The notes beneath the pieces were generated by a model. It was not told where the DNA came from. It was given only the letters and a program-made list of their open reading frames with translations, and ran no database searches. From a virus, in the IMG/VR virus record IMGVR_UViG_3300044627_003499, positions 1 to 64,000 of that record: a stretch of DNA of 64,000 bases. The stretch is one strand, 5' to 3'. The position numbers and the translations under genes are program-made. Position 1 is the stretch's first letter; each line of letters opens with the position of its first letter. This document shows, in pieces, positions 27,606-37,120 of this stretch.

Positions 27606-30322
27606 CAGAATCCTTTAAACATTGATGTAAATTCACCCAAGATTTGGCTACCTGTCTTTGATTTGTAGCTTGTTTCTTCATCATCCAATCCTAAGTTAAA
27701 GATACTTTTTTCTTTGGTGGTTGTCTCATCTGTTGTATCGGTGTCCTCATCACCAAAGAAACTTTGGATAGTACCAAGGGATGCGAATGGATCACTTAAG
27801 TCAAGTCCTTTTAACTGAAGGGCGCTGCCTGCGCCCGCCTTGGTGAGAAGCTGTTGCTCACTTCGGTCCGTATCGGGGAACAGATCAGTGTAAAACTCAT
27901 CTTCTGTGCCCTTGTAACCAGCTTGTTGAAAGACTCTGTACATTTCTGTTTCTGATTTGATCGAGTCCGTTTTGTAGTCTTCGGGTCTTTCAATGTAATC
28001 AACACCCAAAATTTTTTGAGTGGGCTTTTTACCTTTTTCATTCAGGTATTTGATCTGCTCTCTGATTTGTTGTGCGGAACCCGTACGTAATGTCTCTGCA
28101 ACTAAGTCTTTAAATTCACCCAGGTTCCCCTGGAAATCCTTTAGGCCAACTGCATCTAGCGCTTTTTGCCAAGTAGCCTTATCCGTTGGGTCCAGGCCTT
28201 GCAACATCTCGTCGGCAAATTCTTCTGGCGTGATAAATTGACCAAAGATTGATCCTTGTTTTAATGCTTCTTCCTTAAGAGAAGGCAAGATTTTATTGTA
28301 AATTTCATCTTGTACTTTCCCTGCGTTTAATACGTCTTCCGCCGGGTCGTATCCCAATCCTTTTCCTTTTACCTGGAAATGCATTCGCGCAAATTGTTCT
28401 TTGTTATTTGGATCAATACCAAAGCGATATGCCTGGCTTGCCCAATATTCGTCACCGGCTTTTGCCTTTTCCCAATCATCTGCTACTACCTGGGACTGTT
28501 GAGAGTAAGCATCAGTCCTAGCCTTGTCTCCAGTGGGATTGAAATAAAAGTCGGCGTTAAAGTAACGGTCGGGAGTATTTTGAACTTGAGCTAAAAACTG
28601 ATCGGCACGCAAGTTGGCAACCTGACTAACAGCGTTCAGCATGTCCTGCGTTTGGAACGGGTTTTGCTCTTGTTGCCGAACATCAAGGTACTCCGTGAAT
28701 TCACTGATTGAACGAGAGGTGTTAAAACGTGGGATCAAGTACTTGTCCATGAAATCCCTTGCAAACTGCGCTTCAACTTTGATGGTGTCTTTTGCTGCCT
28801 CGGTGCTGTAACCAAGTTCAACTTCTTGTTCGTACTTCTTCTTTAGCTCCGTATCAAACCATTGTTGCCAGTTGTAGGTGGTGCTGTTGTTGACACCTGT
28901 TATGTTTTGAAGGCTTTTCTCCAGGGAATCCTGGGACGCCTTGCCGGATGTAAAAGAAAGAATGCCACCAACCCCAGAATCACCAAGGATGCTGTTACTG
29001 AGTTCTTTGTTGATGTCCATGATTTCTCCAAAGCCGGAGAAACCTTGCATAAGGCCAAGCATTTGTTCTTTTCCCTTGGCCTTCTTCATTTGCTCAATAG
29101 TGTCCTTTAACACATTTTGAGTTAACGCACCAAATTTCTTTGCGTCTACTGTTGCCTTTTCACCAACGGCTTGGTTTACTGCATCTTCTAATTCCGTGAC
29201 GCCATACCCAGCATTTAAGTTGTAAGCAAAACTTACTTGTTTGTCTTCTGGTCGTTGGGACAAACGGAACAGTGCGGCGAATTCATCAGGTTTCTCTGGG
29301 TTTAAGAACTTCTCTTTGCCCAGTGTTTTCCAGTATTGATCACCTGCTTTTGCTTTATCCCATTCAGCAGAAACCTCAGGTACTGCCAAGAGGCGTTCAG
29401 TTTGTGTGTCAGTATTAAGGCCTAGCTGGAGACTACGGGCAGCCTGAATGTCGGCATCGGTTGGCTTGCGTTCCAGGTATTGGTTTGCTGCTGTTGTTTG
29501 TTCTGCGGCATTACCTCGCTTCCCAGCTGCTTTCCCTTGGGATGTGTAGTGTTGAAGGTAATAAGAGTTTTCAGAATATCTTTGGGTAATGTCAATATCA
29601 TCATTAGCAACGGCAGCTTTCCACTTTTGTTCTACATCTGGATTGATCGATTTGTAGTACTTTGGATCAAAGTCGCCGTACTGCGGTTTTGCCCCCAGGT
29701 TTGCATTCCAGGTTTGCAACTTTTCAGTTGAATAAAAAGCTTTGAAGTAATCCTCTAATTGCGATTTGGTTACATCACTAATACCCTGGAGCTTTCTAAT
29801 CTGCTCCCTTTGTGTAACATAGTCTCCCCCTTGAGTTGAATTAGCGGTTGCAAGGACGGTGTTGTAAGCGTTGTTTTTGTTTGTGTTCTCAGTGTTTAAG
29901 GTTGTATTCTCTTGGTTTCTTTGGGTGTTTAAGTTGTTTGTTTGTTCATTATTTCTGTAAGTCGTTGCTGTACTTGCAGCTTTATCGCGCAATGCTTGAG
30001 TTGCTGACAAATAAGTAAGACTGTCTAGTCCTCCAAACCTTGAGTTAATTGCTTGTCTAACGCTTTCATCACTAACGTTGTCCCTTGGTACCGACCCTGC
30101 GCTAATCCAACCTGCCCCTGGCGACGAAGATTGCGCTGCTGTGTCGGCTACGACGGTAGAGTAATAAATTTGTCCCTTAACTGGACGGGGCACAGTTATT
30201 GTTTTTACCCAAAGATTTACCGTGCCCGAGTTCTCTAGGTTAGTTGGAAAATTAGTTTGGTAGTCTGTTTTTTCCTGTGCCAGATTCCACTTTTTATTTG
30301 TTGGATCGTAAGTTAATGCCAT
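27605..30322 (-). CDS. Large hypothetical (probable virion) protein
   Basis: 905 aa; internal repeat W.KAKAGD.YW; FDPKYY...NPDV. Confidence 0.6.
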   Translation of the reverse strand: MALTYDPTNKKWNLAQEKTDYQTNFPTNLENSGTVNLWVKTITVPRPVKGQIYYSTVVADTAAQSSSPGAGWISAGSVPRDNVSDESVRQAINSRFGGLDSLTYLSATQALRDKAASTATTYRNNEQTNNLNTQRNQENTTLNTENTNKNNAYNTVLATANSTQGGDYVTQREQIRKLQGISDVTKSQLEDYFKAFYSTEKLQTWNANLGAKPQYGDFDPKYYKSINPDVEQKWKAAVANDDIDITQRYSENSYYLQHYTSQGKAAGKRGNAAEQTTAANQYLERKPTDADIQAARSLQLGLNTDTQTERLLAVPEVSAEWDKAKAGDQYWKTLGKEKFLNPEKPDEFAALFRLSQRPEDKQVSFAYNLNAGYGVTELEDAVNQAVGEKATVDAKKFGALTQNVLKDTIEQMKKAKGKEQMLGLMQGFSGFGEIMDINKELSNSILGDSGVGGILSFTSGKASQDSLEKSLQNITGVNNSTTYNWQQWFDTELKKKYEQEVELGYSTEAAKDTIKVEAQFARDFMDKYLIPRFNTSRSISEFTEYLDVRQQEQNPFQTQDMLNAVSQVANLRADQFLAQVQNTPDRYFNADFYFNPTGDKARTDAYSQQSQVVADDWEKAKAGDEYWASQAYRFGIDPNNKEQFARMHFQVKGKGLGYDPAEDVLNAGKVQDEIYNKILPSLKEEALKQGSIFGQFITPEEFADEMLQGLDPTDKATWQKALDAVGLKDFQGNLGEFKDLVAETLRTGSAQQIREQIKYLNEKGKKPTQKILGVDYIERPEDYKTDSIKSETEMYRVFQQAGYKGTEDEFYTDLFPDTDRSEQQLLTKAGAGSALQLKGLDLSDPFASLGTIQSFFGDEDTDTTDETTTKEKSIFNLGLDDEETSYKSKTGSQILGEFTSMFKGF

Positions 30323-30693
30323 TATCCAGCAGCAAATGTATCTGGTACCGTCTCAATATTATAAGTAAACAGGTCGATAATTTCTTGGTGTATCCAGGCC
30401 TCAATCCTGTTCATCCTTACTTCGGTGTAGTACGTCTGCTGTGGATACCATTCTTCCATTTTTGAACTGGCTTTGTTTGCATTACATCTTTTGCAGCAAG
30501 GCAGAAGGTTGTTCCGATTACTGGAACCAGAACGAAACCTTGGGACAATGTGATCCAAGGATGTAGCTTGGTCCTCGCAATAACCACACTTGTGATCCCA
30601 CGCATCGTATATGGATTGACGGTAACGTTTCTTGGCCAATTTAGGAGTTAATTCAAGGAGAAGGGAAAGGGGTTCCTGCTCACAGTTGAACAT
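30322..30693 (-). CDS. HNH endonuclease
   Basis: CGYC...SLDHIVPR..SG....NLLPCCKRCNANK. Confidence 0.85.
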   Translation of the reverse strand: MFNCEQEPLSLLLELTPKLAKKRYRQSIYDAWDHKCGYCEDQATSLDHIVPRFRSGSSNRNNLLPCCKRCNANKASSKMEEWYPQQTYYTEVRMNRIEAWIHQEIIDLFTYNIETVPDTFAAG

Positions 30694-30828
30694 ACTCTTT
30701 TATTGCCGTTACCTTATTCTAATTTCAGGACATATAGACCACTGTAAACAAAGAGATGAAATCTTACTTAAATCCATTGACAACCTGCTTGAGTCCCATA
30801 ACGTACAGGGGCACGCACATGCCTTTTT

Positions 30829-31047
30829 ATGGCTAAGCATCCAGGTTGGGTCACGGTCCAACAAGCCGAAGAACTTCTCGGCATTGATAAAAAGACTCTC
30901 TTCAAGTACCGCGACGACGGCACACTGAAGCTTGGCCCCCACTACGCTGCCTTTTCTGATACACGTTCACGCGACACCTATCGTTGGAACGTAGCAACAG
31001 TACGTAAGCATCTGAAAAAAATTGAAATGCAAACAGCTGCTGCCTGA
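30829..31047 (+). CDS. Small HTH (excisionase/MerR-like) protein
   Basis: VQQAEELLGIDKKTLFKYR..G.LK.G.HY. Confidence 0.65.
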   Translation: MAKHPGWVTVQQAEELLGIDKKTLFKYRDDGTLKLGPHYAAFSDTRSRDTYRWNVATVRKHLKKIEMQTAAA

Positions 31048-31070
31048 AGTTAGACAAACACTGATCAAGT

Positions 31071-31095
31071 GCCCCGTCTTGTACGGGGCTTTTTT
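31071..31095 (+). terminator. Intrinsic terminator
   Basis: GCCCCGT-CTTGT-ACGGGGC followed by TTTTTT. Confidence 0.75.
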
Positions 31096-31097
31096 GT

Positions 31098-31328
31098 CTA
31101 CTCTTCTGGTGGAATGCCGTTTACATAACCAGACCAAGCAAGTCCCACGGCTTCAATGGTTGATAGCTCGCCAGATGCAAAAGGTAGGTGAACAACATCC
31201 CCGGCGTGATAGATAGTAGGTCGTCCGCTTATTTGGAATTCACTAAAACCATACTTGCGAACATCATCTTGTTCTTGCGAGTAAATAAAGTTTGTATCTA
31301 CGATGTCCCCAAAGTTTGGTGTCGTCAT
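31098..31328 (-). CDS. Hypothetical protein
   Basis: 76 aa; ATGA-coupled. Confidence 0.55.
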   Translation of the reverse strand: MTTPNFGDIVDTNFIYSQEQDDVRKYGFSEFQISGRPTIYHAGDVVHLPFASGELSTIEAVGLAWSGYVNGIPPEE

Positions 31329-32887
31329 GATGAAGAAGGATTTTGACCTAAAGATGGTTTATAAGCGGTGCCATCTTTGTCATACATTGTAAAACCTCTC
31401 ATCATCACAAAGTTGGCGGGAATATTGAACAGCTTTTGCATCATTGGCATCATCATTGGCGATTGACAGTTGTATGGGGGCACATCCATCATTGACAAAG
31501 ATCTTCTTGATAAATTTGCTGCAGTCAACTCCTGTTGATCATTTTCATTTTCGTCGACTAGCTTTTGCTCCCAAGCAACCATGCTTCCTTCTTCCACGGG
31601 GAAATCAGATGGCTCTGGTGGGAAATTGCCTTCCGCAAACTTCATGGCATAAATGTGTTTACAATAACGCATCTCATCCAGTAAAGGAGTCCAGAAATCT
31701 GTGATGGATGTGATTTGTCCATTTGTTGCAGTGTAATCCTTATAGGAGGGCATACCTTCTGCCCTGGAACCAGGTATAGAGGGGTCCGCTGTACTTCTTA
31801 AGTAGGTGGCGCCAAACTCACGAAACACTCCAGCGAAATCCCTGGTGGCATCTGGATCTACCGTTGAAATTGTATTTACTTCAGGGGGAACCGTGTATTG
31901 AGATGTGGGCGCAATAATATCCATCTTGCGATCAACCGTTGCACTTGTCATTGCATTGTTATTTAGTTTTCCGTTTAATTTTGTTTTTTCATATCGCCCA
32001 GGCTTGATAGAGGCAATGCTTGTTCTTGGGAATATTCTTTTTGTTCCTTCGCTAAGGGTAGTCATAAATGCATAATCTCGATGCGTAAAATCTTGGCAAG
32101 AGCAACAGTATCTTGCGCCGGTTATAAGGTATCTATTGGGAGTGGGACCCTTGGTTGCGGGTGTAACCAGTGTTGCGTCTGGTGTCGCTTCAACAGAACC
32201 CGACTTACGAAGCTTTAAGATTCCAGTGAATGGATATGTTTCTACAATTACTGCTTGAATGTAGCCGTATCGCTTTTGCGTTGTTGGATTGATTGTTTCC
32301 CTTGTAATAGGCGGCGCCCCAACAGTAATAACACGGTCCTCCAGGATCTCACCATTGATTGCCCTAAGGCCATTAGGAACGCCAGGAAGGGCTACGTAAA
32401 ACGGTGGGGGTAGTGGATTGCTGGTACTCCAGTTTCCAGCTAGCTTAACGTACCAGTACGCGGCATCTTCCGTCACCATTTCAATGTAAAGCCTGGTGCC
32501 TGTCGTTTTATCAACCAAGTTGTCACACCGTAAAGAGCCCGCCAATCTGGCACCGGCCCAGTGCATGCCAAACTCTTTGTTTGTAGTAGGAAACCCAACA
32601 AAGGTTCCAGGGATAGTCGGTTGTACTGCCGCAACAGAAGCAGGTGTTCCCGCTGGTACCGGAATTACATAGCTAAATGGATATTCATAGGAGTTGTCAT
32701 AAAAAGAAGCAGTTGCAATTTCATATCCCCTGCGCCAACGAGACCACGCTGACTCTCTGTTTATAGCGCTTAAAGAGTTTGGAACAGAACCGGAAGAGAA
32801 TTCAGTTGTAATAGGTTTTAAACGAAAAGGATCCTTGTCATAAGACTTGACAAAAGACCCAAATTTGTCCCCACCTTTCGGGGCCAT
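31325..32887 (-). CDS. Hypothetical protein with split SWIM-like zinc finger
   Basis: CSCQDF and CKHIYA separated by about 140 aa. Confidence 0.55.
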   Translation of the reverse strand: MAPKGGDKFGSFVKSYDKDPFRLKPITTEFSSGSVPNSLSAINRESAWSRWRRGYEIATASFYDNSYEYPFSYVIPVPAGTPASVAAVQPTIPGTFVGFPTTNKEFGMHWAGARLAGSLRCDNLVDKTTGTRLYIEMVTEDAAYWYVKLAGNWSTSNPLPPPFYVALPGVPNGLRAINGEILEDRVITVGAPPITRETINPTTQKRYGYIQAVIVETYPFTGILKLRKSGSVEATPDATLVTPATKGPTPNRYLITGARYCCSCQDFTHRDYAFMTTLSEGTKRIFPRTSIASIKPGRYEKTKLNGKLNNNAMTSATVDRKMDIIAPTSQYTVPPEVNTISTVDPDATRDFAGVFREFGATYLRSTADPSIPGSRAEGMPSYKDYTATNGQITSITDFWTPLLDEMRYCKHIYAMKFAEGNFPPEPSDFPVEEGSMVAWEQKLVDENENDQQELTAANLSRRSLSMMDVPPYNCQSPMMMPMMQKLFNIPANFVMMRGFTMYDKDGTAYKPSLGQNPSSS

Positions 32888-32890
32888 GGC

Positions 32891-33676
32891 TTAGAAGAAA
32901 CCGCCTTGCGCAGCAACGTGTACACCTGGGATGTAACCAGAACTATTGGGACCATCAGGGAACACGCCAACGTAAACACGGTCGCCACGCTCAAGGTAAA
33001 TTCCTTTGTTACGTAGTGGAGCTGTAGTACCAAGGCCGTTGGTATTACCTGCGCTCACACTGGGAACTGCCAGTTGCGGCATCACATCCGAACAATCAAC
33101 CACACCGCTGTTTGCGGGGATTGTTTTGGCGAATAACACTTTGTAGTCACCAGAGCCAGGGATTGGTGTGGTTGTGCCACGTGTCTGGTAAAAGACAAAG
33201 GTAGCAGCGGGTTGATTCCCGTATGCAATACCGTTGTACAAGAAACCAGACGTAGTGCCGCCCGAATAATTCAATGCACTATTGACGCCTGTCAGTGTGC
33301 CAGAACCGGTGTATGTGTAATAGCCGTAACCACTGTATGGTGCGCCAGCACCAGTGAGGGAACCTGTGGCGGATACAAAAACAATCTGTCCGCTAACCAG
33401 GGAGACTGGTGTTCCTGACGTTGTGGAATTTACTGTATAGTCGGGGCCGCGATAAAAATCGTTACGTGTGATCGTGATGGAATCAATGACACCGCCACTG
33501 TTATTGTCTTCGCTCAGTGACGCATCCATGTCCACCAGAATGGAGGGCGCTTGGCCACCTTGTACAAACAAAGTATTACTTGCTGCACTACCAACGGTTT
33601 GCGTTGTAACACGCACCGAATCAAATAAGGGCCTATCAACCAACAGTGGCTGCTTGTTTGTAGATGTCGAGCTCAA
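32891..33676 (-). CDS. Putative virion structural protein
   Basis: Gly/Ser/Thr-rich 261 aa ORF in the morphogenesis block. Confidence 0.5.
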   Translation of the reverse strand: MSSTSTNKQPLLVDRPLFDSVRVTTQTVGSAASNTLFVQGGQAPSILVDMDASLSEDNNSGGVIDSITITRNDFYRGPDYTVNSTTSGTPVSLVSGQIVFVSATGSLTGAGAPYSGYGYYTYTGSGTLTGVNSALNYSGGTTSGFLYNGIAYGNQPAATFVFYQTRGTTTPIPGSGDYKVLFAKTIPANSGVVDCSDVMPQLAVPSVSAGNTNGLGTTAPLRNKGIYLERGDRVYVGVFPDGPNSSGYIPGVHVAAQGGFF

Positions 33677-33708
33677 TTTCCCAATGCCGCTTTTTGTTAA
33701 TTATAACG

Positions 33709-33975
33709 TCAACCACCCATGCCTGACATCGCCATAAAGGCTTGGAAATTTGCAGGTAATTTCATCTTAGATTCAACCAGGGCATTGGGATTGTTTTGCA
33801 ATGCAAGGAAACGACCGAACAGATTACCGTCTTCCGCTGGTTGAAATTTAAATTTCTTAGCGGCTAGGTAATCTGTTTCGGCTTGTGGCTCTGAGAGGAA
33901 GCTATCGCCAATCCCAACTTTCAAGGCTTCGCTTGGAAGGTAATCATAGTCAGAGTATTTGTAAAAACGAGACAT
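33709..33975 (-). CDS. Hypothetical protein
   Basis: 88 aa ORF. Confidence 0.5.
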   Translation of the reverse strand: MSRFYKYSDYDYLPSEALKVGIGDSFLSEPQAETDYLAAKKFKFQPAEDGNLFGRFLALQNNPNALVESKMKLPANFQAFMAMSGMGG

Positions 33976-33980
33976 TGTGA

Positions 33981-34643
33981 TTACTGAAGAAAGCCAAAGG
34001 GATTAAGCAGTCCCGACAAATCTGGAAGCAGTGATTTGAGCACTGTTTCTTTCATCGCGTCAGCGATAGAGTTCCTTTTGTTTAACTCTGGTTTTGCCGC
34101 TCCCTGTAAAGCAGAAGACAAAATTTCTTCTACAGAACGTTGGCCGCTAGCCATTTGTTGCGGAGCGGCAACAGGCGCAGGTTGAGTCAGTGGATCTCCC
34201 AGGGTTGTTTGTGCAGCCTTATAGAGGGAACCTCCAGATTTGAATTTAGGGATCGAGGAGGCAACGGAAGTGCCAAACGAATCTTTTGCTGTCAAAGAAA
34301 CATTTGGATTGCCGCCAAGAATCGTGGCATACGCACGATCAATACCCATTTTTCCAGGCTGAAAACCACGGTCCCGTAAAAACCGCTCAACTGCAGGCAT
34401 TTGTTCTGCAATTGTGTAGTTACCAAGCTTGGATTTATCTAGGTACTTTGCGCGTTCCGGGCCGCCAAACTGAATTAGTCCGTAGTAATTACCACCGGCA
34501 CCACCGTAAACATTCGGGCGGAATCCAGACTCTTGGTGAATGAGCGCACCAAACTCGTACGGATCCAAGCCAAGCCGTTTTGCCGAAGAGAATACAGCTT
34601 GCCTGTCTTCTGGTTTTAGTGTTCCAACGCGTACTGGTGCCAT
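33981..34643 (-). CDS. Lytic transglycosylase-like virion protein
   Basis: LIHQESGFRP...YYGLIQF motif. Confidence 0.7.
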   Translation of the reverse strand: MAPVRVGTLKPEDRQAVFSSAKRLGLDPYEFGALIHQESGFRPNVYGGAGGNYYGLIQFGGPERAKYLDKSKLGNYTIAEQMPAVERFLRDRGFQPGKMGIDRAYATILGGNPNVSLTAKDSFGTSVASSIPKFKSGGSLYKAAQTTLGDPLTQPAPVAAPQQMASGQRSVEEILSSALQGAAKPELNKRNSIADAMKETVLKSLLPDLSGLLNPFGFLQ

Positions 34644-34656
34644 GGCTTTAGGTTTT

Positions 34657-34773
34657 TCAATCTCCTACCCAATTTGAACTTGCTCTGAGACCAGGGATAA
34701 ATACTGTTTGAAGAACCAGTGTTGATGCCAGGTAGGTCAGGGTTCGTTTAACAAATTTTGGGCAGAGAATCAT
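34657..34773 (-). CDS. Small hydrophobic ORF (38 aa)
   Basis: MILCPKFVKRTLTYLASTLVLQTVFIPGLRASSNWVGD. Confidence 0.4.
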   Translation of the reverse strand: MILCPKFVKRTLTYLASTLVLQTVFIPGLRASSNWVGD

Positions 34774-34859
34774 GGGTTTAAAGCAACTACACTGGCCCCC
34801 GTGAATCAAAAGATTCGTGTCCAGTCGGCTGGGCTTACATGCTTTGCAATGCCAGGGTA

Positions 34860-35738
34860 TTACTTTTGTGTAGTGAAAATGGAGTCCTTGAACATTTCCA
34901 GGAGCCTTTGGGCCTCTGGCCCCTTAGGGTCAAACTTATCAACAGCGGACCCCATTGGTTGGATACCTGTTGCGCCTGCGTATGAGGCAGTGGGCATTTC
35001 TGAGGGGAAGCCTAGGGGGGCGCTCTGAAGTGTGGGGCCCTGACTGAAACCAGCATAAGGGGCTGCAGAGGCACCAGCGAAGGCATTCCTCGGCACAGTG
35101 GAAAGACCTAATCCTTGGGCCACCTTGCCAGCATCATAAGAAGCAGGAGAAATAGGGGGCGTAGTTCCAAGGGGGGAGCTGGTGTCAAACGGTAAGTTCA
35201 ACGGTGAACCCATCTGACCCGCACCAAGGGTACGTTGGATGACATCGTATCCTGACTGGCCAGGCTTGACTTTAGCTGCAAGTTTTGGATTGGCCTTAGC
35301 CCACATCTGCATACCCATATCTTCTGCAGATTGTTCGGCAGCAGAACCGGGACCAAATTTAGCAGCTTCTTTGGTTGCAGCTTGATAACGCTGAAGCTCA
35401 GGGTCTTGAGCGGTTAGCTGGGCAACACGAGAAACTTCCTGTCGATAAGCACGTTCTGCTGCGGGAGAAAAAGTCCCCTGCGGAGCGCCAGTAGATGTTG
35501 AATAACCTGCGTTACCACCACTGCCACCACGATTTCCTAATCGTAACTCAGCATCACGATAAGACTCGCCAAATTTATCTTTAGGTGGAATACTGCCAAC
35601 ACGAGTAGTGCGTCGTGCCGCATCAGCAGTCAAACCAGCTCCGAGAAGAGAACCTAAGCCTGCTGCAAAACGTCCGACTTGAGCTACACCGCCAAGGGCG
35701 CGTGCACCTGCCAAGGCTGGTCCAAGTAATTGAATCAT
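34860..35738 (-). CDS. Ala/Gly/Pro-rich putative virion protein
   Basis: About 290 aa; coupled to the upstream gene. Confidence 0.5.
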   Translation of the reverse strand: MIQLLGPALAGARALGGVAQVGRFAAGLGSLLGAGLTADAARRTTRVGSIPPKDKFGESYRDAELRLGNRGGSGGNAGYSTSTGAPQGTFSPAAERAYRQEVSRVAQLTAQDPELQRYQAATKEAAKFGPGSAAEQSAEDMGMQMWAKANPKLAAKVKPGQSGYDVIQRTLGAGQMGSPLNLPFDTSSPLGTTPPISPASYDAGKVAQGLGLSTVPRNAFAGASAAPYAGFSQGPTLQSAPLGFPSEMPTASYAGATGIQPMGSAVDKFDPKGPEAQRLLEMFKDSIFTTQK

Positions 35739-36199
35739 TAGCGCCAAACCTCATGTAAATAAATACGGGAACCAACTGCGGTGTCGGCAGGTCCAGGTAA
35801 TGCCTGGATGAATTCAGCACCAGAGCGTTCGTAACGGTATCTGGCCTGGAACGGATCCTTGTAGTTTGGAACGTAAAGGATGCCGGCTAAACGGTTTGTT
35901 TCGTAGAGATAAATCTCATCCCAAACCTTTAAGGCTTCTTTGGCATTGCTGGATCTAATGGTACGATCAACGTCACCAGCAATGCTTTCAAGGCGCGTGG
36001 AAGGAGAAGTAGCAACTTCAGTTTTCTTTTCAGCTGTGTCACAACGGCCCAACTGAATAGCGATCTTGTCGTAGAAATACGAATCCGGCACGGTATTCAT
36101 TGCTTCTTCCAGGCGGGCGTAATCGCCAGCCGGAACAGAAACAGTAAAGTAACCGAGGTGGTAACGAACTCTACTTTTGTCGTAGTCGCTTAACTGCAC
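35738..36199 (-). CDS. Putative head-completion protein
   Basis: LSDYDKSRVRYHLGY N-terminus; position downstream of the capsid genes. Confidence 0.45.
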   Translation of the reverse strand: MQLSDYDKSRVRYHLGYFTVSVPAGDYARLEEAMNTVPDSYFYDKIAIQLGRCDTAEKKTEVATSPSTRLESIAGDVDRTIRSSNAKEALKVWDEIYLYETNRLAGILYVPNYKDPFQARYRYERSGAEFIQALPGPADTAVGSRIYLHEVWR

Positions 36200-36238
36200 T
36201 TCTACGTGTCGTTGTCTTTCAATTATAAAAGCAAGTAA

Positions 36239-36976
36239 TCAACCAAACAGGCCATTAAGGTAATCTGATGTGGCGCTGGATTGACCCATAAGTAACGGAT
36301 CGTTTGTTCTGTAAGAATCCAGGAATCCGATGGGGTTGAGTGCTTGTGAAATTAAACCTCCAACCAACTGTTCTTTGAGTGTGTCTTGTATTGTTTTCTT
36401 GGGTTTTTCTGGTTCTTTACCCTGCAACTGAGCACCGTACATAAATGCTTTAATGATGTCTTCAGCGCGAGAATCGGTGCCCCCTTGTGGTTGAGTCGGT
36501 GCTGCAGTTGGTGCAGTTGATGCAATAGCCCCGGCTTTGCCAAGGGATTTCATGTGTCCAAAACCAAGTTCGTATTTGTTATCCCCTGTGGTAAATGCTG
36601 CCAGATTGCCGTAACCACCTTGATTAGCAAGGGGCTTGTATGTACCAGAGCCTTCGAAATAAACCGGAGTTCCTTCTGGAAGAGCCCAATCTTCCCCCCG
36701 GTGAAACGAACTAGCTCCCTTGGTTGGGGCACTACGCGGACCATACTTGGAAGTCAAGCTGATCCCAGCTTGTGGATTGAAATCGTATTTGCCTTCTTTG
36801 TTTTTAATCAGTGCTGGTACTCTTTGCTCGCCAACGCGAACGCCAGCTAAAGCAGAACGAATAGTAGAAGGGTCAATATACTGTCCAGTCGAAAGATCTT
36901 TCACATAAACATGCTTATGTGGGCCGGTTGACACCCCGGTAGAACCCACCTGTCCTAAGTATGTTATGCCTGCCAT
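36239..36976 (-). CDS. M23-family peptidase-like protein, motif order permuted
   Basis: VGSTGVSTGPHKH at the N-terminus; HRGED, GGYGN and FGHM later. Confidence 0.7.
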   Translation of the reverse strand: MAGITYLGQVGSTGVSTGPHKHVYVKDLSTGQYIDPSTIRSALAGVRVGEQRVPALIKNKEGKYDFNPQAGISLTSKYGPRSAPTKGASSFHRGEDWALPEGTPVYFEGSGTYKPLANQGGYGNLAAFTTGDNKYELGFGHMKSLGKAGAIASTAPTAAPTQPQGGTDSRAEDIIKAFMYGAQLQGKEPEKPKKTIQDTLKEQLVGGLISQALNPIGFLDSYRTNDPLLMGQSSATSDYLNGLFG

Positions 36977-37005
36977 GGTATCGTTTTATTCTTCATTGTA
37001 AGATT

Positions 37006-37029
37006 AAAAAACCCCTGGTTTCCCAGGGG
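37006..37029 (-). terminator. Intrinsic terminator after the displaced gene end
   Basis: Minus strand CCCCTGG-GAAA-CCAGGGG followed by TTTTT. Confidence 0.8.
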
Positions 37030-37043
37030 CTTGGTGGAGATGG

Positions 37044-37073
37044 TTATACGCGAATTAAATCAGCAGCAAGTAC
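37044..37073 (-). pseudogene. Displaced original 3' end of the HhH gene (VLAADLIRV*)
   Basis: GTA CTT GCT GCT GAT TTA ATT CGC GTA TAA encodes the same peptide as the end of 37595..38005. Confidence 0.9.
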
Positions 37074-37120
37074 GCCAATAAAACGTTTCAGGTGCTATAG
37101 TTTTATTTTGCTGCTTTGGA

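Noticed and set aside
30322-30693. HNH as another gene-end-replacing cassette
   Set aside because: No duplicated peptide seen on either flank; it looks like a resident gene coupled to the next ORF
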